In this document: positions 8,753 through 17,293 of the stretch, in pieces
Position numbering within the stretch: the first letter of the stretch is position 1
Layout of the letters: the number at the start of each line of letters is the position of its first letter
NCBI GenBank assembly: GCA_031459625.1
Contig: JAVKIH010000004.1
Span: 90,885-110,432 of the forward strand
Length of the DNA stretch: 19,548 nt
From: Candidatus Geohabitans tengchongensis
GTDB lineage: Bacteria > Sysuimicrobiota > Sysuimicrobiia > Sysuimicrobiales > Humicultoraceae
Direction of reading: 5' to 3'
Translations under genes and position numbers: made by a program
The notes under the pieces: generated by a model
What the model was told of the DNA's origin: nothing
What the model saw: only the letters and a program-made list of their open reading frames with translations
The model's database searches: none

Positions 8753-11749
8753 ATGGAACTCGCGGTCAAGCGCTACCAGTCCATCTCCTACATCTCGGGG
8801 CCCCTCCTCTTCGTCGAGGGAGCCCGCGACCTGGCCTACGGGGCCATCGTGAACATCCACCTGCCCGACGGCAGCGTGCGCAGCGGGCAGGTCATCGAGG
8901 TCTCCGACCGCCACGCCGTCATCCAGGTCTTCGAGGAGACCACGGGCCTAGACGTGGCCCGCACCGCGGTGAGCCTGCTGGAGGACGTGGCCCGCTTCGG
9001 GGTGAGCCGCGAGATCATCGGGCGGCGCTTCAACGGCCGCGGCGAGCCCATCGACGGCCTGCCGCCGATCATCCCGGAGCGGCGCCTGCCCATCATCGGC
9101 GCGCCCATCAACCCGGTGGCGCGGCTGCGCCCGCAGGAGTTCATCCAGACCGGAATCTCCGCCATCGACGGGCTGAACACGCTGGTGCGCGGTCAGAAGC
9201 TGCCCATCTTCTCCGGCGCGGGGCTGCCCCACAACGAGATCGCCGCCCAGATCGCCCGCCAGGCCAAGGTGCTGGGTCAGGAGGAGGAGTTCAACGTCGT
9301 CTTCGCCGCCATGGGGATCACCCAGCGCGAGGCGGCCTATTTCATCGAGCAGTTCGAGTCCACGGGGGCGCTGGCCCGCAGCGTCGTCTTCCTCAACCTG
9401 GCCGACGACCCGGCCATCGAGCGGCTGATGACCCCGCGGCTGGCCCTCACCGCCGCGGAGTACCTGGCCTACGAGCTGGGCGCCCACGTCCTGGTCGTCC
9501 TCACCGACATGACGAACTACTGCCTGGACGGGGCGCAGGAGGTCCTGCTGGCCGACGGCCGCATCGTGGCGGCGCGGGAGCTGGTGGAGCGCCCCGAGGG
9601 GGCGGCGGTGGTGTCCCTGCACGAGGGGCGCGTGGTGCCCGGCACCGTGACGCGGACCTTCCGGCTCCCGGCCCCGCCGGAGCTGGTGCGCCTCCGGACG
9701 CGGTCGGGGGCGGAGCTGCGGGTGACGGCCGACCACAAGATCCTCGTCGACACGCCAGACGGTCCGGCCATGGTCCCTGCCGGCGTGCTCCGGGTGGGGG
9801 ACGAGATCTACACCGCGCGCCGCCTCCCCGTGGTCGAGCCCTGGCAGCCCACGGTCCTCGACCTCCTGGCGGCCTCACCCGAGGCCGACCGCCTCTTCGT
9901 CCACATGCGGAACGGGCTGGTGGCGGACACCCTGCGGGCCCGCTACGAGACGCTCCGCCGGGCGTCTGCGGTGCTGGGGCTGCCGTACGGTCGCGTGACG
10001 GCCGGTCGCGGCCACGCCTGCTTCTCGGTGGCTGACCTGACGGCCGTGGCCCGGGGGACGGGGACGGTGCTGGCCACCTTCCTGCCCGAGGTCGAGCGCA
10101 TCACCGCCGGCACGCGTGAGGGCCTGCGGCTGGGGACGGCCGTCCTGACCGAAGAGCTGCTCTATGCCCTCGGCCTCGTCGCCGCCGACGGGTCGGTCTA
10201 CGAGAACGCCGCCCGGGGCGCGTACTCCCTCTCCTTCGCCAACCGGGAGCCCGGTCTGGTGGACCGCTTCGTCAGGACGCTGCAGGCGCTCTTCCCGGGT
10301 CTCGCGGTGCACGTCCACCCCAACCAGGACGGGGTGCCCATGGCCCGGGTGAACAGCCGCACCCTGCTGGTCCTGGCCCGCGCGCTGGGGCTGCCCGAGG
10401 ACCTGCGCCCGCTGATTCGCCTGCCCGAGTCGCTGATCGCGGCCTTCCTGCGGGGCTACTTCGACGGCAACGGGTCGTGCGTGCTCACCCGGACAGGCCG
10501 GGTCCGTCACCTCCAGCTCACCACCCGGAGCCGCGGCCGGGCCGCCCGGCTCCAGCTGCTGCTCCGCCGGCTCGGCATCGTGAGCCGGGTGCAGACGCGC
10601 CGTAACGTCGGCGGATCCGGGGACGTGACCGTCTGCGACGTCCTGGTCGAGGGGCGGGAGATGGAGACGTTCGCCCGCGTCGTCGGCGCGCACCACCCGG
10701 AGAAGCGCCGGCGCCTGGACCTGGCCGCGGGCGGCGCGCGCGCGGCCGCGGGCTTCGAGCTGGCCCCGCGCAGCTGCGGGAGGCTGCTGCGCCAGGTGCG
10801 TGAGCGGCACGGCGTCCGGGCGGCGACGCTCGGCCCCTCCAGCACGGTCGCCCAGGTGGAAGCCGGGACCCGGCGGACCTCGCGGGCGACGCTGCAGCGG
10901 TGGGTCGCCCGCCTGGCCGGGCAGGTGGGCCCCGAGGACCCTGAGCTGGCGCGGCTGCGCCGCCTCCTGGAGGAGGAGACGGTGCTCGACCGCATCGTGG
11001 CCATCGACCGCTGCCCGCCCTCGGACGGGCACGTCTACGACATCACGGTGCTGCCGGCCCACAACTTCGCCGTGGCCAACGGCCTCATCGTCTCGAACTG
11101 CGAGGCGCTCCGGGAGATCGGGGCGGCCCGCGAGGAGATCCCCGGCCGGCGCGGCTACCCCGGCTACATGTACACCGACCTGGCCACGATCTACGAGCGG
11201 GCCGGCCGCATCGAGGGGCGCAAGGGGACGGTGACGCAGCTGCCCATCCTGACGATGCCGGACGACGACATCACCCACCCCATCCCCGACCTCACCGGCT
11301 ACATCACCGAGGGGCAGATCGTGCTCAGCCGGGCCCTGCACCGCAGCGGCATCTACCCGCCCATCAACCCCCTGCCCAGCCTCTCCCGGCTGATGAACGA
11401 CGGCATCGGCAAGGGGCGCACGCGCGAGGACCACGCCAACGTCAAGGACCAGCTCTTCGCCTCTTACGCCAACGCCGTGGACCTGCGGCGGCTGGTGGCC
11501 ATCATCGGCGAGGAGGCGCTCACCGAGCGGGACCGGCTCTACCTGAAGTTCGGCGAGCGGTTCGAGCGGGAGTTCCTGGGGCAGGGCAACACCGACCGCT
11601 CCATCGAGGAGACGCTGACGCTGGGGTGGAGGCTCCTCTCCATGTTCCCGAAGGAGGAGCTGAAGCGGATCAAGCAGGACCACGTGGACCGCTACTACTT
11701 CGGCGAGACCATGGAGAAGCTCTGGGAGGACCGGCGGCTGCCGCGCTGA
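8753..11749 (+). CDS. atpB: V/A-type ATP synthase subunit B (NtpB) precursor, 998 aa = 472-aa extein + 526-aa intein
   Basis: [31 protein letters not shown] and [62 protein letters not shown]; conserved motif split by an in-frame insertion. Confidence 0.97.
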   Translation: MELAVKRYQSISYISGPLLFVEGARDLAYGAIVNIHLPDGSVRSGQVIEVSDRHAVIQVFEETTGLDVARTAVSLLEDVARFGVSREIIGRRFNGRGEPIDGLPPIIPERRLPIIGAPINPVARLRPQEFIQTGISAIDGLNTLVRGQKLPIFSGAGLPHNEIAAQIARQAKVLGQEEEFNVVFAAMGITQREAAYFIEQFESTGALARSVVFLNLADDPAIERLMTPRLALTAAEYLAYELGAHVLVVLTDMTNYCLDGAQEVLLADGRIVAARELVERPEGAAVVSLHEGRVVPGTVTRTFRLPAPPELVRLRTRSGAELRVTADHKILVDTPDGPAMVPAGVLRVGDEIYTARRLPVVEPWQPTVLDLLAASPEADRLFVHMRNGLVADTLRARYETLRRASAVLGLPYGRVTAGRGHACFSVADLTAVARGTGTVLATFLPEVERITAGTREGLRLGTAVLTEELLYALGLVAADGSVYENAARGAYSLSFANREPGLVDRFVRTLQALFPGLAVHVHPNQDGVPMARVNSRTLLVLARALGLPEDLRPLIRLPESLIAAFLRGYFDGNGSCVLTRTGRVRHLQLTTRSRGRAARLQLLLRRLGIVSRVQTRRNVGGSGDVTVCDVLVEGREMETFARVVGAHHPEKRRRLDLAAGGARAAAGFELAPRSCGRLLRQVRERHGVRAATLGPSSTVAQVEAGTRRTSRATLQRWVARLAGQVGPEDPELARLRRLLEEETVLDRIVAIDRCPPSDGHVYDITVLPAHNFAVANGLIVSNCEALREIGAAREEIPGRRGYPGYMYTDLATIYERAGRIEGRKGTVTQLPILTMPDDDITHPIPDLTGYITEGQIVLSRALHRSGIYPPINPLPSLSRLMNDGIGKGRTREDHANVKDQLFASYANAVDLRRLVAIIGEEALTERDRLYLKFGERFEREFLGQGNTDRSIEETLTLGWRLLSMFPKEELKRIKQDHVDRYYFGETMEKLWEDRRLPR
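9521..11098 (+). mobile_element. Intein with LAGLIDADG homing-endonuclease domain, inserted in V/A-ATPase subunit B (residues 257-782)
   Basis: Block [14 protein letters not shown]; block [11 protein letters not shown] (TxxH); LAGLIDADG motifs ALGLVAADG (10166-10192) and LRGYFDGNG (10448-10474); [12 protein letters not shown]; blocks [24 protein letters not shown] followed by Cys+1; removal restores TDMTNYCEALRE. Confidence 0.96.
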
Positions 11750-11755
11750 GGTTCG

Positions 11756-11781
11756 CCCGGCGCCGCGCAAGCGGCGCCGGG
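11756..11781 (+). other. Intergenic GC stem-loop between subunits B and D (probable mRNA stability element)
   Basis: CCCGGCGCCGC-GCAA-GCGGCGCCGGG: 11-bp all-GC stem, GNRA tetraloop, no U-tract. Confidence 0.6.
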
Positions 11782-11826
11782 GCGCGACGGCGCCCGCGAC
11801 CGACCGGAGGGACGAGCGGAGCAGCG

Positions 11827-12474
11827 ATGCCTGAGCTGATCAGTCCGACCCGCATGAACCTGCTGCAGCGGCGCAACCAGCTGCGCGTGGCGCAGCAGGG
11901 CGTCGACCTGCTGAAGCGCAAGCGCGACGCGCTGGTGGCCGACTTCTTCAAAGTCGTCCGGGAGGCGCTGGCCGCGCGCGAGCGGCTGGCCGCCGTGGCC
12001 CAGGACGCCTACGTCTTCCTCAGCCTGGCCAAGGCGGTGGAGGGGAAGCCGGCCCTCGAGGCGGCGGCCATGGCGGAGCGGCGGGCCCTGGCCGTCGACG
12101 TGGAGATCCGCAACGTCTGGGGGACGAAGATCCCGGAGGTCCGCGTGACCGGGGTGCGCCGCCCGGCGGCCGAGCACGCCCCCAACCCCGTGGCCACCAG
12201 CGCGCGCACCATGGAGACGACGGCCAAGTTCGAAGCGCTGCTGGACGCCATCTTCCAGGTGGCGATCACCGAGATCAAGCTCAGGAAGCTGGGCGAGGAG
12301 ATCAAGAAGACCACCCGCCGGGTGAACGCGCTGGAGCAGGTCGTCGTCCCGCGCATCCGCGCCGAGATCCGCTACATCGCCGCGGTGCTGGAGCAGCGCG
12401 CCCGCGAGGACATCTTCCGGCTGAAGCGCATCAAGCGGAAGCTGGAGGCCCGGGAGGCGGGGGTGCCGGCGTAG
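11827..12474 (+). CDS. atpD: V/A-type ATP synthase subunit D (NtpD), 215 aa
   Basis: ISPTRMNLL, GVDLLKRKRDALV, NVWGTKIP and EIKKTTRRVNALEQVVVP...LEQRAREDIFRLKRIK; ATG at 11827. Confidence 0.96.
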   Translation: MPELISPTRMNLLQRRNQLRVAQQGVDLLKRKRDALVADFFKVVREALAARERLAAVAQDAYVFLSLAKAVEGKPALEAAAMAERRALAVDVEIRNVWGTKIPEVRVTGVRRPAAEHAPNPVATSARTMETTAKFEALLDAIFQVAITEIKLRKLGEEIKKTTRRVNALEQVVVPRIRAEIRYIAAVLEQRAREDIFRLKRIKRKLEAREAGVPA

Positions 12475-12478
12475 GGGG

Positions 12479-13228
12479 ATGGCCTCGGGCGCTCCTCCGC
12501 TCGTCCGGCCCGGCGCGGCCCGCTGGCCGCTGCTCCTGGCCGGGCTGTTCGCCGTGGCCGGCTTCCTCCTGGCTGCCCAGGTGCGCACGGAGCTGCTCAT
12601 CCGCCGCCACCTGCAGGTGCCCGGCGTGCGCCTGGGGGAGCTCGGCGTGCGCCTCCAGGAGCTGGAGCACCGGCGGGCCGTGCTGGAGGCGGAGCTGGCC
12701 GAGCTGCGTGACCAGATCGCCGAGGCGGAGCGGGAGGCGGCGGTGGGCCAGTCCAGCCTGGCCCGGCAGAACCGGCGGGTGCGCGACCTGCGCGTGCTGG
12801 CGGGGCTCGTCCCGCTGGAGGGGCCGGGGGTGGCGGTGGAGCTGCGCGACAGCCCGCGCCCCATCCGGCCCGGCGAGGACCCCAACAAGACCATCCTCCA
12901 CTACACCGACCTCCACGCCGTGGTGAACGACCTCTGGGCGGCGGGCGCCGACGCCGTGGCCATCAACGGCGAACGCCTCGTCGGGACCACCGGCATCAGC
13001 TGCGTGGGGACGACCATCCTGTGCAACACCAAGCGGCTGGCCCCGCCCTACCGGCTGGAGGCCATCGGCGACCCCGACGCGCTGGTGCGCTACCTGCGCC
13101 GCCCCGGGGGGCCGCTGGAGGTCCTGGAGGCCTTCGGCTTCCCGGTCCAGGTGACCCCGCAGGCACGGGTGCGGGTGCCGGCCTACCGCGGCATCCTGCA
13201 CGTCACCTACGCCCGTCCCCAGGAGTAA
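12479..13228 (+). CDS. DUF881-family protein (YlxW/YlxX-like)
   Basis: N-terminal TM, coiled coil, AGLVPLEGPGVAVELRD, DL..VVNDLWAAGADAVAINGERL and PPYRLEAIGDP. Confidence 0.9.
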   Translation: MASGAPPLVRPGAARWPLLLAGLFAVAGFLLAAQVRTELLIRRHLQVPGVRLGELGVRLQELEHRRAVLEAELAELRDQIAEAEREAAVGQSSLARQNRRVRDLRVLAGLVPLEGPGVAVELRDSPRPIRPGEDPNKTILHYTDLHAVVNDLWAAGADAVAINGERLVGTTGISCVGTTILCNTKRLAPPYRLEAIGDPDALVRYLRRPGGPLEVLEAFGFPVQVTPQARVRVPAYRGILHVTYARPQE

Positions 13229-13267
13229 GGTCACCCGGGCGGCCGGCGGAGGAAGGAGGGAGCGCGC

Positions 13268-13636
13268 ATGTGGTTGCCGGTGATCGGGCTGATCGTGGGC
13301 ATCCTCCTGGGGTTGCTGGTCTCCGTGGAGATCCCGCTGGCCTACGTGAAGTACACCGCCATCGCCATCCTGGCCGCCATCGACACGATCCTGGGCGGCG
13401 TGCGCAGCCAGCTGGAGGGACGCTTCGACCTGGGGATCTTCGTCTCGGGCTTCGTCATCAACGCCGGCTTCGCCGCCTTCCTGGCCGGGCTGGGCGACCT
13501 GCTGGGGCTGGACCTCTACCTGGGCGCGGTCATCGCCTTCAGCATCCGCATCTTCGACAACGCCGGCTTCATCCGGCGGGACCTGCTCGACGCCTACCTG
13601 CGGCGGCCGCGCGGGACGGGCCCGGTGTCGGGGTAA
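13268..13636 (+). CDS. sbp: Small basic protein family (Sbp, DUF1290) membrane protein
   Basis: MWLPVIGLIVGILLG, YTAIAILAAIDTILGGVRS.LEG.FD..IFVSGF, LGDLLGLDLYL and IRIFDN...IRR; usual neighbour of DUF881; SD GGAGG. Confidence 0.88.
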   Translation: MWLPVIGLIVGILLGLLVSVEIPLAYVKYTAIAILAAIDTILGGVRSQLEGRFDLGIFVSGFVINAGFAAFLAGLGDLLGLDLYLGAVIAFSIRIFDNAGFIRRDLLDAYLRRPRGTGPVSG

Positions 13637-13689
13637 ACGAGACGGTGACAGCGCCCGGCGGCCAGCGCCGGGCGGTAGGAGGGGAGAGC

Positions 13690-14703
13690 ATGGTCCGGGT
13701 GGGGATCAACGGCTTCGGCCGCATCGGCCGGCAGGCCCTGCGGGCGATCCGCGAGCGGGCCGCCGACACGGTGCAGGTCGTCGCCCTCAACGACATCGCC
13801 GACCCGCAGATGAACGCCTACCTCTTCGCCCACGACTCCAACTACGGCGCCTATCCGGGGACGGTGGCGGTGCGCGACGGGGAGCTGGTGGTGGACGGCC
13901 AGGCCATCCGGGTCTTCCAGGAGCGCGAGCCCGCGCGCATCCCCTGGCGGGACGCCGGGGTGGAGCTGGTCATCGAGTCCACCGGCCGGTTCACGAAGGC
14001 CGAGGCGGCGCGCGGCCACCTGACCGGCGGCGCCCGCAAGGTGGTCATCACCGCGCCGGCCAGGGGCGAGGACATCACCCTGAACATGGGCGTGAACCAC
14101 GAGGCCTACGACCCGGCCCGCCACACCATCGTCAGCAACGGTTCCTGCACGACCAACGCCCTGGCGGTCACGGCCAAGGTCCTCAGCCGCGAGTACGGCA
14201 TCCGGCGCGGCCTGATGACCACGGTCCACTCCTACACCAACACCCAGCGCATCCTGGACGTCGTCGGCGAGTCCTTCCGCGAGTCGCGGGCGGCCGCGCT
14301 GAACATCATCCCCGCGCCCACCGGGGCGGCCCGGGCGATCTTCCTGGTCCTGCCCGAGCTGCAGGGGAAGATGGACGCCATCGCCATGCGCGTGCCCACG
14401 CCCACCGTCTCCATCGTCGACCTGGTCTGTGAGCTGGAACGGCCGGCGGGCGACCGCGACGCCCTCAACGCCACCTTCCGGCGGTGGAGCGAGGAACCGC
14501 TGCGCGGGATCCTCGGCTACACCGAGGAGGAGCTGGTCTCCATGGACTTCAAGGGCAACCCCTACTCGGGCGTCGTCGACGCGGGGTTGACCACGGTGCT
14601 GGGCGGCAACCTGGTGAAGGTCTTCACCTGGTACGATAACGAGTGGGGCTACGCCTGCCGCGTGGCCGACCTGGTGAAGTACATGGCGCAGCGGGGCCTG
14701 TAG
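13690..14703 (+). CDS. gap: Type I glyceraldehyde-3-phosphate dehydrogenase, 337 aa
   Basis: VGINGFGRIGR, VIESTGRF, catalytic SCTTN, RVPTPTVS and WYDNEWGY; SD AGGAGG. Confidence 0.96.
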   Translation: MVRVGINGFGRIGRQALRAIRERAADTVQVVALNDIADPQMNAYLFAHDSNYGAYPGTVAVRDGELVVDGQAIRVFQEREPARIPWRDAGVELVIESTGRFTKAEAARGHLTGGARKVVITAPARGEDITLNMGVNHEAYDPARHTIVSNGSCTTNALAVTAKVLSREYGIRRGLMTTVHSYTNTQRILDVVGESFRESRAAALNIIPAPTGAARAIFLVLPELQGKMDAIAMRVPTPTVSIVDLVCELERPAGDRDALNATFRRWSEEPLRGILGYTEEELVSMDFKGNPYSGVVDAGLTTVLGGNLVKVFTWYDNEWGYACRVADLVKYMAQRGL

Positions 14704-14717
14704 GACCGACGGCGGTG

Positions 14718-14753
14718 CGGAGAGGGCGGGGGGCGGCTCCTCCGCCCTCTCCG
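14718..14753 (+). other. Strong stem-loop between gap and pgk (mRNA stabiliser or weak terminator)
   Basis: CGGAGAGGGCGG (14718-14729) pairs with CCGCCCTCTCCG (14742-14753) and extends inward with G-U pairs; no U-tract. Confidence 0.6.
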
Positions 14754-14783
14754 TGTGTCCGGGCCCCGGTGCCAGGAGGGCGC

Positions 14784-15968
14784 ATGGCGAAGCAGACCAT
14801 CCGGGACGTGGCGGTGGACGGACGCCGGGTCCTCGTGCGCGTGGACTTCAACGTCCCGCTGGAGGACGGCCGGATCACCGACGACCTACGCATCCGCGCG
14901 GCCCTGCCCACCATCCGCTACCTGCTCGAGCGCGGCGCCCGCGTCATCCTCTGCTCCCACCTGGGGCGCCCGCGCGGCCGGCCTGATCCGGCGCTGCGCC
15001 TGGCCCCCGTGGCGCAGCGGCTCGGCGAGCTGCTGGGGCAGCCCGTCCACACGGTGGAGGCAGTGGTCGGCCCCGAGGTAGAGGCGGCGGTGGCGCGGCT
15101 CGAGCGGGGCGAGGTCCTGCTGCTGGGGAACCTGCGCTTCCACCCGGGCGAGGAGGCCAACGACGACGCCTTTGCCCGCCAGCTGGCCGCGCTGGCCGAC
15201 CTCTACGTGAACGACGCCTTCGGCGCGGCCCACCGGGCCCACGCCAGCACGGTGGGGGTGGCCCGGTACCTGCCGGCGGTGGCGGGGCTCCTCATGGAGA
15301 AGGAGCTGGCCTACCTGGGGCGTGTGCTCGACGACCCGGTCCGGCCCTTCGCGGCCATCCTGGGCGGGAAGAAGGTCTCCGACAAGATCCCGGTCATCCG
15401 CCACCTGCTCACCCGCGCCGACGCCCTGCTGCTGGGCGGAGCCATGACCTACACCTTCCTGAAAGCGCGGGGGCTGGAGGTCGGGAAGTCCCTGTGGGAG
15501 CCGGAGATGGTGCCCCTGGCCCGGGAGCTCATGGAGGAGGCGCAGCGACGCGAGGTCCGGCTCGAGCTGCCGGTGGACGTCGTGGTGGCGCCGGCGGCCG
15601 ACCCGGGGGTGCCGCACCAGGTGGTGCCGGTGGAGGCGATCCCTCCCGAGCAGATGGGCCTGGACATCGGCCCGCGAACGCGAGAGCGCTTCGCTGCGGT
15701 GGTGGAGCGCGCGGGCACCGTGGTGTGGAACGGGCCGATGGGCGTCTTCGAGGTGCCGCCCTTCGACGCCGGCACGCGCACGGTGGCGGAGGCGATGGCC
15801 CGCTCACAGGCCATCACCGTGGTGGGCGGGGGGGACAGCGCCGCCGCCGTGCGCCGCCTGGGGTTGGAGGAGCGGATGACCCACGTCTCCACCGGCGGCG
15901 GGGCGGCCCTGGAGTTCCTGGAAGGGCGGGTCCTGCCCGGCGTCGCGGTGCTGCAGGACCGCCCGTAG
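14784..15968 (+). CDS. pgk: Phosphoglycerate kinase, 394 aa
   Basis: RVDFNVP, SHLGRP, YVNDAFGAAHRAHAS, WNGPMGVFE, GGGDS and HVSTGGGAALEFLEG; SD AGGAGG. Confidence 0.97.
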   Translation: MAKQTIRDVAVDGRRVLVRVDFNVPLEDGRITDDLRIRAALPTIRYLLERGARVILCSHLGRPRGRPDPALRLAPVAQRLGELLGQPVHTVEAVVGPEVEAAVARLERGEVLLLGNLRFHPGEEANDDAFARQLAALADLYVNDAFGAAHRAHASTVGVARYLPAVAGLLMEKELAYLGRVLDDPVRPFAAILGGKKVSDKIPVIRHLLTRADALLLGGAMTYTFLKARGLEVGKSLWEPEMVPLARELMEEAQRREVRLELPVDVVVAPAADPGVPHQVVPVEAIPPEQMGLDIGPRTRERFAAVVERAGTVVWNGPMGVFEVPPFDAGTRTVAEAMARSQAITVVGGGDSAAAVRRLGLEERMTHVSTGGGAALEFLEGRVLPGVAVLQDRP

Positions 15969-16011
15969 GCTGCCGCCCGTCGGCTGCCGGATCGCCCGGA
16001 AGGAGGGTGGG

Positions 16012-16776
16012 ATGGCGCGGACGCCGCTCGTGGCCGGCAACTGGAAGATGCACAAGACCACGCGGGAGGCGGCGGCGCTGGTCGAGGCCCTCAAGCCGCT
16101 CGTCGCGCCGGTGCAGGGCGTCGACATCGTCCTGTGCCCGCCCTTCACGGCGCTGCAGGAGGTCGGCCGGCTCGTCGCCGGCACGGCGCTGGAGCTGGGC
16201 GCCCAGAACATGCACTGGGAACCGCGCGGGCCCTTCACCGGCGAGGTGGCCGCGCCCATGCTCTGGGAGCTGGGGTGCACCTACGTGATCCTCGGCCACT
16301 CCGAGCGGCGGGCCCACTTCGGGGAGACCGACGAGATGGTGCGGCGCAAGGTGGCCGCCGCCTTCGCCCACGAGCTCATCCCCATCCTCTGTGTGGGGGA
16401 GACCCTGGAGGAGCGGGACGCGGGGCGCACGGAGGCGGTGGTGGCGCGGCAGCTGCGGGCGGCCGTGGAGGGGATCGGCCCCGATGAGGCCGCGGCGCTG
16501 GTGGTGGCCTACGAGCCAGTGTGGGCCATCGGCACCGGCCGCCCGGCCACTGGCCAGGAGGGGAACCGCATGGCCGGGCTCATCCGGGGATGGCTGGCGG
16601 AGTGGTTCGGGGACGCGGCGGCCCAGATGCGGGTCCTCTACGGGGGGAGCCTTACCCCCGACAACGCCGCGGAGTTCTTCACCCAGCCCGAGGTGGACGG
16701 GGGCCTGGTGGGCGGGGCCAGCCTGGAGGCGGAGAGCTTCGCCCGCATCGTGCTGGCCGCGGTCCCGGCCCTGTAG
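16012..16776 (+). CDS. tpiA: Triosephosphate isomerase
   Basis: [27 protein letters not shown] and LVGGASL. Confidence 0.97.
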   Translation: MARTPLVAGNWKMHKTTREAAALVEALKPLVAPVQGVDIVLCPPFTALQEVGRLVAGTALELGAQNMHWEPRGPFTGEVAAPMLWELGCTYVILGHSERRAHFGETDEMVRRKVAAAFAHELIPILCVGETLEERDAGRTEAVVARQLRAAVEGIGPDEAAALVVAYEPVWAIGTGRPATGQEGNRMAGLIRGWLAEWFGDAAAQMRVLYGGSLTPDNAAEFFTQPEVDGGLVGGASLEAESFARIVLAAVPAL

Positions 16777-16822
16777 GCGGCCCTCCGGTCACGTAGTACA
16801 ATCTCCCGGGGCCGCCGAGGGC

Positions 16823-16878
16823 GGGTGCCGGATGCCCGGCGGTGGGTGCCGGATGCCCGAGCGGGGGCAGGATGCCCG
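16823..16878 (+). repeat. Three short direct repeats (GGGTGCCGGATGCCCG x2 plus one degenerate copy) between tpiA and secG
   Basis: Copies start at 16823, 16844 and 16863 (GGGGGCAGGATGCCCG); core GGATGCCCG identical in all three. Confidence 0.7.
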
Positions 16879-16901
16879 GTGCCCTGTAGGGAGGGCGTTT
16901 T

Positions 16902-17123
16902 GTGGAACAGGCCATCCTGATCGTCCACTTCGTCATCGCCGTCCTCCTCATCGGCGTCGTGCTGCTGCAGGGGCCGAAGGGGGAGGGGCTGGGGGCCATC
17001 GGAGGGAGCGCGCGGCTCTTCCACGGGCCGCGGCCGCGGGAGACGCTCTTCACCCGCATCACCACGGCGCTGGCGGTCCTCTTCGTCTTCACCTCGACCT
17101 TCCTCGCGTTCTCCCTGCGCTGA
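16902..17123 (+). CDS. secG: Preprotein translocase subunit SecG
   Basis: Two TM segments; VLLQGPKGEGLGAIGG and LFTRITTALAVLF; typical tpiA-secG-tRNA-Leu context. Confidence 0.93.
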   Translation: MEQAILIVHFVIAVLLIGVVLLQGPKGEGLGAIGGSARLFHGPRPRETLFTRITTALAVLFVFTSTFLAFSLR

Positions 17124-17186
17124 AGCGGTGCCGGCGGACCGGACCCCGCCCCGGCGGTCCCCGGCCCTGGTAGGGGACAGGCGGGG

Positions 17187-17192
17187 TATAAT
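17187..17192 (+). promoter_or_regulatory. Putative -10 element for tRNA-Leu
   Basis: Perfect TATAAT 15 nt upstream of the mature tRNA 5' end; no convincing -35. Confidence 0.55.
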
Positions 17193-17207
17193 GAGGGTGC
17201 CACCCGT

Positions 17208-17292
17208 GCCGGGATGGCGGAATTTGGCAGACGCGCACGCTTGAGGGGCGTGTGGGGTTCCCGTGGGGGTTCGAATCCCCCTCCCGGCACCA
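17208..17292 (+). tRNA. tRNA-Leu (anticodon GAG), 85 nt, encoded CCA
   Basis: Acceptor stem GCCGGGA/TCCCGGC, D-loop GG, anticodon arm CACGC-TT-GAG-GG-GCGTG, long variable arm, GGTTCGAATCC T-arm, ACCA end. Confidence 0.97.
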
Positions 17293-17293
17293 G

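Noticed and set aside
15115..15390. PGK deviations (LLGNLRF for LLENLRF; GGKKVSDK for GGAKVSDK)
   Set aside because: Single substitutions with the other catalytic motifs intact; no sign of pseudogenisation
16823..16878. CRISPR mini-array
   Set aside because: Repeats are only 16 nt with 3-5 nt between them; no cas genes
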